From assembly GCA_038087875.1 (NCBI GenBank), contig CM075994.1, positions 2,420,001 to 2,484,000 on the forward strand: a stretch of 64,000 bases of DNA. Direction: 5' to 3'. Every line of letters starts with the position of its first letter. Within the stretch, counting starts at the first letter, position 1. Below the pieces are notes generated by a model. The model ran no database searches. It worked only from the letters and a program-made list of their open reading frames with translations, and was not told the origin of the DNA. The stretch is from Malacoraja senta. Taxonomy: Eukaryota. This document shows positions 37,701 through 49,700 of the stretch, piece by piece. Made by a program: the position numbers and the translations under genes.

Positions 37701-40700
37701 CAGGCCCTTCAGCCCACTGATCTGCCTCGACCAGTGATCCCCATACACTAACACTATTCTACACTCTAGGAACAATTTTACAATTTTACCGAAGCTAATT
37801 AACCTACAAACCGACATGTCTTTGGAATGTGGGAGGAAACTGGAGCACCCGGAGAAATCCCACGCTGTCACAGGGAGAACATATAAACTCCCTACAGATA
37901 GCACCCGTAGTCAGGATCGAACCCGGGTCTCTGGCGATGCAACTCTACCACTGTGCCACTGTGCCACATGAGGTGGAGCAGTGATGAGGAATGGGGAAGA
38001 GGTCAGGATTGCTTTCCTTGGAACGGAGAAGATTAAGATCATTCCTAGGTGATGAAAGGTTTAAGGAAGTAGCTGAAGGAAAATCACTTCCCCTGACAAG
38101 TGGAGTAATAGCCAAGGATGATGACACAAAAAAACTGCAGATGCTGGAATCTTGAGCAAAACAAGTGCCGGAGGTACTTAATGGGTCAGCCAGCATCTGT
38201 GGTGGAAAATATCCAGAGGATGTTTCGTGTCGGGACCTTTCCTCAGACCCTTCCCAACCTGAAAAGTGTTAGAGGAACTCAGTGGGTCAGGCAGCATCTG
38301 CGGAGGGAAATGGACAGACCATGTTTTGGGTTGAGACCCTTCTTCAGACCTGCCCCGACCCAAAACATTGTCTGTTAAGTTCCTCCAGCACATTTTGTTT
38401 TGCTAATAGCCAAGGATCATGGGTTTAACATTCTCTGGAAATGATTTAGCGGGGCGATGAGGAGGATTTATTTTCTGGAATGTTCTACCTGAAAGCAAGG
38501 CTGAGCTAAATGCATAGAGACTGCTTCAAGGTTATGGGAGAGATGGCAAACTGACTGGATTATAGACAAAAGGTGATGAAGGTATTGTCATTGTAGTTTA
38601 ATGATAAAATAGACAATAGACAATAGGTGCAGGAGTAGGCCATTTGGCCCTTCGAGCCAGCACCGCCATTCAATGTGATCATGGCTGATCATTCCCAATC
38701 AGTACCCCGTTCCTGCCTTCTCCCCATATCCCCTGACTCCGCTATTTTTAAGAGCCCTATCTAGCTCTCTCTTGAAAGCATCCAGAGAACCTGCCTCCAC
38801 CGCCCTCTGAGGCAGAGAATTCCACAGACTCACCACTCTCTGTGAGAAAAAGTGTTTCCTCATCTCCGTTCTAAATGGCTTACTCCTTATTCTTAAATAC
38901 AGTGCAGAAACAGGCCCATACAGTCCACCAAGTCTGCGCCGCCCAGCGTTCCCCGTACACTAACACTATCCTACACACTAGGGAGAATTTACAATTTTTA
39001 CCGGGGCCAATTAACCTGCAAACCTGTACATCTTTCGAATGTGGGAGGAAACCGGAGCACCCAGAGAAAACGCACGCGGTTACAAGGAGAATGTATAAAC
39101 TCTATACAGACAGCACCCGTGGTCAGGATCGAACCCGGGGTCTCCGGTGCTGTAAGGCAGCAACTCTACCATTGCGGCATCGTGCCGCCTCCAAAGGTGT
39201 GGATCGAACAATGGTTACTCTTTTATAGAGCAGATCCTGAAGTGTATGAGCAGGGATTTTACTGATCCTGAGCCTCTCCTTGCTCTTTGCTCTGAATTGG
39301 ATCAACAAAAGGCCTGGATAGGGTGATTGTGGGATGGATGTCTCCACTAGTGGGAGAGTGTAGGATCAGAGGGCATAGTCTCAGAATAAAAGAACATACA
39401 GTACCTTCAAAATGGAGGTGAGGAGGAATTCCTTTAGCCGGAGGCTGGTGAATCTGTGGAATTCATTGCCACAGATGACGGTGGAGGCCGTCATTGGGTA
39501 TTTTTAAGAAATAAATTGATAGGCTCCTGTTTAGGAAGGGCGTCAAAGGTAATGGGGTGAAGGCAGCAGAATAAGGTTGAGAGGGAAAAATAGTTCAGCA
39601 ATGATTAAATGGCTGACTAGACTTAATGGGCCGGATTACCTAATTCTGCTCCTTTAATTTATGAACTTATAAAGACGTTGGGTAGGTTTAAGGCAGAGAT
39701 TGATAACTTCTTGATTATGAAGGGTGTCAAAGGTTACAAGGAGAAGGCAGGAGAATTGCGGTGAGAGGGAAAAGAGCAGCCATGATTGAATGGCGGAGCA
39801 GACGATGGACTGAATGGCCTAATTCTGCTATTAAGTCATAGTTTTACGACAAAGGACGAAGGACAAAGGACATTTATTGTCACATACACCAATTGGTGCA
39901 GTGAAATTTGAGTTACCATGCAGCACACAAATAAGATAAACACAACACTATAGAATTTAACATAAAACATAAAAAACATCCCCCCCCACAGCGGAATCAA
40001 CGTTTCCCACTGTGAGGGAAAGCACCAAAGTTCAGTCCTCTTCCTCTGTTCACCCGTGGTCGGGGCCTATTTGAGGCCTCCGCAGTCGCTGCTACGGGCC
40101 CAATGTTTCAGGCCCTCGAACGGAAGAACACTGTCAGCGGCCCGGAGCCTCCGAATCGGCCGCTTCCTACCGGAGATCTCGGCTTCCGAAGTCCACAGGC
40201 CGAGCTGGGCGGAGATTCAACACTGGCGACCTCGGCGAGAGATCCCAGGCTCCGCGATGTCAAAGTCAGCGCCGTCCGCACCTGGAAAGTTAGCGCCGCC
40301 AGCGGCTGGAAGCTCCACAGACCACAGCTCCACGGTGTCAAAGTCGGCAGTCCCAGCACTCCGCAGCTCCAACACGGCGACCCTGGTAAGGCATCGCTCG
40401 CTCCGCCGTGGAATCCAGTGCTGCGTCGCCGCTGCTGAAGCTGAAGCTCTGGCCGGTCTCCGGCAAGAAAGGCTGTGCCAATCCAGATGGTAGGCCGCGA
40501 AGAGGGGGCTGAAGATGCGGCTCGGAGAATAGTCGCATCCTCGACCAGGAAGTGACTAAGAAAACAGTTTCCCCCTCCCCTTCCTTCCCCAACATAAAAA
40601 AGCCTAAAAGACCTCCAAAAACAAACTTTAAAACAGACTAAAAATAACAAAAAGAATGAAAGGACAGACAGCTGCAGGCGAGGCAGCCACACTCGATGGC

Positions 40701-43700
40701 GCCACCACTCGAACAATACTCAAATATCAAAAGCCCTTCATCATCTGTGCCCTTTGGCTTCTCACAAGATGCCCTTGTCTGAAGAAGGGCCTCAACCAGA
40801 AACATCACCTACTGTTTTCCTTTTCTCCAGAGATGCTGCCTGACCCGCTGAGTTACTCCAGCATTTTGTGTCTATCTTCGGTGTAAGCCAGCATCTACAG
40901 TTCCTTCCTACACATGCTGTACAAACAGAGCTTGCTCTAGAAAACACCTACGGGTTTCTCTTCTTCCCGTCTCCGGGGGCTAGGTTTTTGCATGCTTTGA
41001 TGAGTATCTCCAGCGCCAGGGCCTTAAAGTTGTACCGGATGGACAACTCGATTTCACCAGTAACATTAGCCTTGTCCACCGTCTCTGACCCTGTGCAGAT
41101 GCTGATGATGCTGCTGCTACTTTCCTATGGAGACATGATGGGAGACAGGACGTCATGACTGGTGCCTTACAACTTGGTGGCCACCTTTGCCTTAATGTGG
41201 CTTTGATCCCAACCCGAGGGGCCAGCGAGCTGCCTGATCGCTTCAGCCCATGCCCATTGTAAGTTCACAGAATTGTGGACACAACCCAGAGCATTACACA
41301 AATCAACCTTCCTTCCATTTATACCTCAAGCTTCCTCGGCAAGGCCAGCAGCATAATCACGTACAAGGCGCACCCCGGCCACTCCCTCAGGGACAGTTTC
41401 TTCCCATGTGTTATCAGGCAACTGAACCATCCCATCAACAACTAGGGAGCGGTACTGAACTACGATCTACCTCATTGGAGACCCCCAGACTATCTTTGTT
41501 CAGACTTTACTGGACTTTATCCAGGACTAAACGTTCCTTTATCACGTATCTGCACACTGTGGATGGCTTGATTGTAATCATATATTGTTTTTCCGCTGAC
41601 TGGTTAGCACACAACAAAAGCTTTTCATTGTGACAATAAACATTGTTGGCTGGGAAAGATATGCGAACGACAGGGATACAAGAAACTAGTAGGATGACTA
41701 GGAGAGGGGAAGGGAGGAGAGGGGGTGAGGGGGAAAGGAATGCAGGAGTTACTTGAAATTAGAGAAATCAACATTCATACCGCTGGGTTGTAAGCTGCCG
41801 AAGCAAAATATGAGGTGCTGTTCCTCCAATTTGCGTGTGGCCTCACTATTTTACCCTTTTCTCCCCCCCCCCCTCCCACCAGTCATCCTCCTAGTTCCAC
41901 TGTTCACATCCTTGTATCCCTGCAGCACTTCCCCAGCCAACAATGGGCCATGATGGACTCTACCCTTCCTGAGGTCATCTGTGGCTGGCCATTTCTTGTT
42001 CTGGCTTTCTCTATCTTTCAGTCTGAAGATTTCTGACTCAAACGTCATCTATACCTTTTCTCCAGAGATGGTGCCCTGACCCGCTGAGTTACATCAGCAA
42101 ATTGTGTCTCTTTTTGTAAATCAGCATCTGCAGTTCCTAGTTTCTAAATCCCTCAGAACCTTTTCTATAATGAAGCCGCTCTTCACCAGAGGGTGAGAAC
42201 CTCACGTGCTTCTCTGCACATTGTGCATCTGTCCAAATGTGTAGAGAAATACTTGAGGTTCTCATGCTCTGGTTAAGAGTTGCTTCATTATTCGTGAAAG
42301 GGCTCGGTCCGGGTATCACATAGAACAGGCTCTTCAGCCCACAATGTTTGTGCTGAACATGATGCCAAGACCAAATCTATCTACCTGCATATCATCCATA
42401 TCCCTCCATTCCCTGCATATATCCACGTCTATCCAAAAGTCTCTTAAATGCCACTATTCTATCTGTCTTAACCACTTCCCCCAGCAGCGCGTTCAAGGCA
42501 CCCATCACCCTCTGTGTAAAAAACCTGCCCCGCACATCTACATTAAAAGAGATTAGTGTGCAAAATGAGAGCACATGGCATTGGGGGTAGGGTATTGACA
42601 TGGACAGAGAGCTGGTTGGCAGACAGGAAGCAAAGAGTAGGAATTAACGGGTCCTTCTCAGAATGGCAGGCAGTGACTAGTGGGGTGCTGCAAGGCTCAG
42701 TGCTGGGACCCCAGTTATTTATAATATATATTAACAATTTAGACAAAGAAATTAAATGTAACATCTCCAAGTTTACGGATGACACAAAGTTGGGTGGCAG
42801 TGTGAGCTGCGATGAGGATGCTATGAGGCTGCAGGGTGACCTGGATAGTTTGTATGGGTGGGCAGATGCATGGATGATGCAGTAAAATGTGGATAAATGT
42901 GAGGTTATCCACTTTGGTGGCAAGAACAAGAAGGCAGATTATTATCTGAATGGTGTCAGATTAGGAAAAGGGGAGATGCAACGAGACCTGGGTGTCCTTG
43001 GACATCAGTCACTGAAAGTTAACATCAAGGTGCAGCAGGCAGTGAAGAAAGCAAATGGCATGTTGGCTTTCATAGCGAGTATTTGAGTTTAGGAGCAAGG
43101 AGGTCCTGCTGCAGTTGTACAGGGCCCTGGTGAGACCGTACCTGGTGTATTGTGTACAGTTTTGTCAAGTCAAGTCAAGTATAATTGACTGGAGTCAATT
43201 ATAAAAGATGAGATAGCCGAACATTTGGATAGCAGTAACAGGATCGGTCCGAGTCAGCATGGATTTACGAAGGGTAAATCATGCTTGACTAATCTTCTGG
43301 AATTTTTTGACGATGTAACTAGGAAAATGGACAAGGGAGAGCCAGTGGATGTAGTGTACCTGGACTTTCAGAAAGCATTTGATAAGGTCCCACATAGGAG
43401 ATTAGTGGGCAAATTTAGGGCACATGGTATTGGGGGTAGAGTGCTGACATGGATAGAGAAGTGGTTGGCAGACAGGAAACAAAGAGTAGGGATTAACGGG
43501 TCCCTTTCAGAATGGTAGGCAGTGACTAGTGGGGTACCGCAAGGCTCGGTTCTGGGACCGCAGTTATTTACAATATACATCAATGATTTGGATGAAGGGA
43601 CTCAGAGTAACATTAGCAAATTTGCAGATGACACAAAGCTGGGTGGCAGTGTGAGCTGTGAGGAGGATGCTATGAGAATGCAGGGTGACTTGGACAGGTT

Positions 43701-46700
43701 GGGGGAGTGGGCAGATGCATGGCAGGTGAGGTTTAATCCGGATAAATGTGAGGTTATCCACTTTGGTAGCAAAAACACGGGCAGATTATTATCAAAATGG
43801 CGTCAATTTGGGAAAAGGGGAAGTACAACGGGATCTGGGGGTCCTTGTACATCAGTCTATGAAAGTAAGCATGCAGATAAAGCAGGCAGTGAAGAAAGCG
43901 AACGGCATGTTGGCCTTTATAACATGAGGAATCGAATATAGGAGCAAAGAGGTCCTTCTGCAGTTGTACAGAGCCCTAGTGAGACCACACCTGGAGTATT
44001 GTGTGCAGTTTTGGTCCCCTAATTTGAGGAAGGACATTTTTGCTATTGAGGGAGTGCAGCGTAGGTTTACAAGGTTAATTTCCGGGATGGTGGGACTGTC
44101 ATATGCTGAGAGAATGGAGCAGCTGGGCTTGTACAATCTGGAGTTTAGAAGGATGAGAGGGGATCTCATTGAGACATATAAGATTGTTAAGGGTTTGGAC
44201 ACGCTAGGGGCAGGAAACATGTTCCCGATGTTGGGGGAGTCCAGAACCAGGGGCGACAGTTTAAGAATAAGGAGTAAGCCATTTAGAACGGAGACGAGGA
44301 AACACTTTTTTCTCACAGAGAGTTGTGAGTCTGTGGAATTCTCTGCCTCAGAGGGCGGTGGAGGCCGGTTCTCTGGATGCTTTCAAGAGAGAGCTAGATA
44401 GGGCTCTTAAAAATAGCGGAGTCAGGGGATATGGGGAGAAGGCAGGAACGGGGTACTGATTGGGGATGATCAGCCATGATCACATTGAATGGCGGTGCTG
44501 GCTCGAAGGGCTAAATAGCCTACTCCTGCACCTATTGTCTATTGTCAACTTTATTTGTCACATACACATACAAGATGTACAGTGCAATGAAAGTGGCAAT
44601 GCTTGCGGGATTATGCAAAACAACAGAACAGAACAGAACAGAATCAGAATTTACATAAAAATAAGAAGATGCAATTTGAGGAAGGACATTATTGCTATTG
44701 AGGGAGTGCAGCGTAGATTCACCAGGTTAATTCCTGGGATGGCGGGACTGACATATGATGAAAGAATGGAGTGACTGGGCTTATATTCACTGGAATTTAA
44801 AAGGATGAGAGGATATCTTATAGAAACATATAAAATTCTTAAGGGATTGGACAGGCTAGATCCAGGAAAAATGTTCATAATGTTGGGGGAGTCCAGAACC
44901 AAGGGTCACAGTGTAAGAATAAGGGGTAGGCCATTAAGGACTGAGATGAGGAAAAAACTTTTCATCCATAGAGTTGGGAATCTGTGGAATTCTCTGCCAC
45001 TGAAGGCCAATTCGCTGGATGTTTTCAAGAGAGAGTTACATTTAGCTCTTAGGGCTAACGGAATCGAGGAATATGGGGAAAAAGCAGGAACGGGGTACTG
45101 ATTTTGGATGATCAGCTATGATCATATTGAATGGCGGTGCTGGCATGAAGGGTGGAATGGCCTACTCCTGCACCTATTTTCTATGTTTCTAAACTTTGCC
45201 CCACTCACATTGAAGCCGTATAAAGCTCAATCAGTTGATGATCAACGTTGGGTCAGAGAAGGCGGCACAGTGATCGATGTCGGAGCGACAGTTAGGAGCG
45301 GGCGAAGCTGGAAGCTGAGGGGGGCAGACAGGGGAAGGGGCAGATAGAGCGGGAGAAGCTGGAAGTAGTGGGTGGACTGGGCTGTGGGGAGAGAGGCGGA
45401 CATGGAAGGGAGTGGATGGGATGGAGGGGGGGCAGATATGGGGAGGGGGCGGTGGGGGAACAGACATTGGGAGGGGGCGGATGGGGTGATGGGGGGGACG
45501 GACAGCGGAGGGGGGATGGCGGAGTGGGGGGGCAAACAAGGGATGGGGTGGGGGAAGGGGACGGACAGGTAGGGGGTGGCGTGGTGGTGGAGGGTGGGGA
45601 GCAGGCATGGGATGGGGCGGATGAGGTGGTGGAGGGCGGACAGAGAGGAGGGGCTGAGGCTGGTTGTGGGTGACTGAGATCATGACAGTGGGGACCACCC
45701 GGAACCCTAGACAAGGTCCCACCCTGAGCAACATGACCTCCTCCCCCTCATAGAGCCCCCACCCTGTCCCATAGAGCAACACGTGCCCCCCCCCCCCCAA
45801 CCTGGTACTGACCTGCTGCGGCTGGGAGCTCTCTCCTCCCGCGTCGCCCATCCTGCCAATGCCCCGCAAGGAGCTGGAGATGGACAGCTGTCGACAGGTA
45901 GAGGCAGTCAGCCATGTGTCCCCCTCTCCACCCCGCATACCGCCCCCCACCCCCACCCTCACCCCACACACCCACCCTGCACGCTGCCCCCACCCCGCCC
46001 CCCCCACCGCCACCCTGCACACCACCCCCTCACCCCCACCCCGCACACCGCCCCCCCACCCTGCACACCACCCCCCCACCCCCACCCCGCACACCGCCCC
46101 CCACCCTGCACACCGTCCCCCCTACACTGCACACTGCCCCCACCCCCACCCCGCCCCCCCACCCTGCACACCGCCCCCCCACCCCCACCCTGCACACCGC
46201 CCCCCCCCACCCCCACCCCGCACACCGTCCCCCCTACGCCGCACACTGCCCCTCCCCCACCCCAACCCCACCTCCACCCCGCACACTGCCCCCACCCCGC
46301 ACACCACCCCCCCCACCCCGCACACCAGACTGACAGCTGAAGTGTGGCGCCTTCACGCCCATGTTGGTTTTGCATACAGCCTGTCACCACTGGCGACTCG
46401 CCAGCAGCGTCACGAGAAGGTCCAGCCACAAAAGCTCAATAACAACTCCAAGGTCAGACGCACTAATTGGCCTTATCTATGCACTGGCTATGATTGGTGA
46501 GAATATATGTAAAAGGGGCTTCTGTAATAAACGTGACACAAGGTGTCTGGCTCAGCTAAGTCGTCTGTTCTTTGCTTTCTGTCGTGGGATTCAGTAGATC
46601 CTACAGAAGTAAACATAGAGGAGACGTTTCCTGGGGGGCCAGGCTTTCTTTACCTTGCTCACGCTGGTCAGGGCCGTGTCCGACTTACTCCTCTCTTTCT

Positions 46701-49700
46701 TCAGCTCACTGTCGCTGGGAACGTAACTGGCTGATAGTAAGTGGGTTTTCTTCGCCACATCTTCGTGAGATTTGGAGATTTCTAGAGAAAGACAAGTTTC
46801 AACACAGTAGCTCAAACCCTGATCTTCTTCTGTATCCACCTATCACATACGTTCATAAGACATAGGAGCAGCGTTAGGCTATTCGGCCCATCATGTCTGC
46901 TCCACCATTCAGTCATGGCTGATCTATCTTTCCCTCCCAATACCATACTCCTGCCTTCTCCATGAACCTGCACCATTTGCTGGGCTTGGTCCTACCCCTA
47001 CAAGCCCTATATCAAAGGGATGGAGCTGAGATCACTTACGTCTGATGCGGTCTGTAAACGACCAGAACACATTCTCCATCGATCTAGTGAATCCTTTCGA
47101 ATGCTTGGCCTCCTATGAATATTCAAACCATCGTTAATCAGTTGTGCCGTCCTTAACATTTATTTACATGAATAAATCCAAAATTACATTACACCAATTC
47201 ATCCCCTGGTAGTCTCCAACCCTTACCCGTTCAAACCGTTGAACAGCAGTTCACTACTGTCCTGGCAAGATGTTTAAAATCCAATTTGCTTGAAACAATA
47301 TTTTAAATATTTCTTCATTTAAAAGCTGTTCCCAAGATCCAATATGTTACGGCAACAAAATTCAGCAAATATGGCAGCACGGTGGCACAGCGGTAGAGTT
47401 TCTGCCTTACAGCGCTAGAGATCCGGTTTCCTTGCTGACTACGTACGGGTGCTGTCATTGTGGAGTTGGTTCATTCTCCCCTGAACTGCGTGGGCTTTCT
47501 CCAGGTGTTCCGGTTTCCTCCCACACTCCAAAGCCGTAGATTTGTAGGTTAATTAGCTTTGGTGTGTAGGATAGTGTAATTGTGTGAGGATCGCTGGTCG
47601 ACGTGGACCCGGTGGGCCGAAGGGCCTGTTTCCATTCTGTATCGCTAAACTAAACTAAACTGAACACAGCTGGTAGGAATGCTGCCTCACAGCACCAGAG
47701 ACCCGGGTCCAATCCTGGCCTCGGTTCTGTCATTCTGCAGTTTGCACGTTCTCCATGTGACCATCAGCATAAATAGGTGTTGTTTCCAGTCGGGATCCTT
47801 CATCGGACATTTGCAAGGCTTTGCGCCACCCCCATGTCTCTTTTCCAGCTTTCCCCTCCTGACTCCATCAGCCTGAAGAAGGGTCCCGTCCCAAGGATGA
47901 GTCGCACCCTGGCCACTCCCTCTTCTCCCCTCTCCCATCAGGCAAGAGGTAAAGAAGTATGAAAACACATACCTCCAGATTCAGGGACAGCTGTTCCCAG
48001 CTGTTATCAGGCATCTGAACCATCCTACCAACAACTAGAGAGCAGTCCTGAGCTACTATCTACCTCATAAGAGACCCTGGGGCTATCTTTGATCGGACTG
48101 TACTGGCTTTATCTTGCACTAAACATGATACACATTATTCCCTTTATCCTGTATCTGTACACTGACAGCTCGATTGTAATCATGTATAGGGTTTCCGCTG
48201 ACTGGTTAGCACGTAACAAAAGCTTTTTCACTGTACCTCGGTACACGTGACAATAAACTAATTCAAACTCAATTTTACATTACCAGCTGACATCCTGTAG
48301 GTGGAGGAGTAGGGGGTACCACAGCAATACTGGTGGAGAAACAAGAAATATGCATCATTTCGGTACTGGAAAGATGAGTTATTTGACAGACAGCAGCTTT
48401 TCAACAGACGTCACACATCCGCGGCTATTTCTCACAGCTGTATACTACAGGAGGGCGTGTTAGTGCGGCATGGTGGCGCAACAGTAGGGTTGCTGCCTTT
48501 CAGCGCTTGCAGCGCCAGAGACATGGGTTCGATCCCGCCTTCGGGTGCTGTCTGTACGGTGTTTGTACGTTCTCCCCGTGACCGCGTGGATTTTCTCAGA
48601 GATCTTCGGTTTCCTCCCACACTCCAAAGACGTACAGGTTTGTAGGTTAATTGGCTTGGGTTTGTATACTTGGTATAAGTGTAAATTGTCCCTAGTGTGT
48701 GTAGGATAGTGTTAATGTGCAGGGATCGCTGGTTGGCTCGGACTCGGTGGGCCGAAGGGCCTGTTTTCGCGCTGTATCTCTAAACTAAACTAAAATTAAA
48801 CTAAAGGAGGGTTTGGACAGCATGGAAAACATAGCTTTTCACTCTACCTGGGTACACGGGACAATATAAACCTGAACCTCAGGGTGGGGCGCACAAACAG
48901 ACAAGTTATGCCTTCACCTTGAGACGCCTCACCTCAGTGTTCGGAAAGTCTGCAGCAGCTTCTCGCTTATTGTTTTGTGCTCACCTGTTGGACAACAAAA
49001 CAATGACATGAGTGTCTTGAACACTTCAAGCAGAGGACTTTGTGCAGGTTTGTTCTCTGGTGAATTAAACCTTGCGGCTTGGTGGTGGAGACATCTGCAG
49101 TAATGGGTGGTGGTGGAGGCAGACACGACAGTGGTGTTTAAGAGGCTTTTAGATAAGTGCATGGCACAGTGGTAGAGTTACTGCCTCACAGCGTTAGAGT
49201 CCCGGGTTCAATCCTGATTACTGGTACTGTTTGTCTGGAGTTTGTATGACTGCGTGGGTTTCCTCCAGGTACTCCGGTTTCCTCCCACATTCCAAAGACG
49301 TGTAGTTTTGTAGGTTAATTGGCTTTTGCAAATTGTCCCAAGTGTGTAAGATGGAACTAGTGTACGGGTGATCAGGTGATCAATGGTCGGCATGGACTCG
49401 GCCTGCCGAAGGGCCTGTTTCCATGCTGTATCTATGGAGAGATATGGATCATGTGCAGGCAGAGGAACGTGCTGCCGAGGGTGGTGGTGGAGGCAAATAG
49501 AATAGTGGCATTCAAGAAGTTTTTAGATAGGCACATGGAAGTGCAGGAAATGGGGGGATATGGATCATGTACAGGCAGAGGAAATTAATTTAACTTGGCA
49601 TCTTGTTTGGCACAGACATTGTTGGCTGAATGACCTGTTCCTGTGCTGTACTGTTCTATAAAGAAAGACATTCTGAGTATCATATGTCCCTTTTAACTCC

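Noticed and set aside
45231..46500. Long Gly/Pro-rich ORFs on both strands
   Set aside because: Products of G/C minisatellites; only the 75-bp exon is credible
48467..48545. tRNA gene
   Set aside because: A/B boxes are the tRNA-derived SINE head and run straight into V-domain and LINE tail
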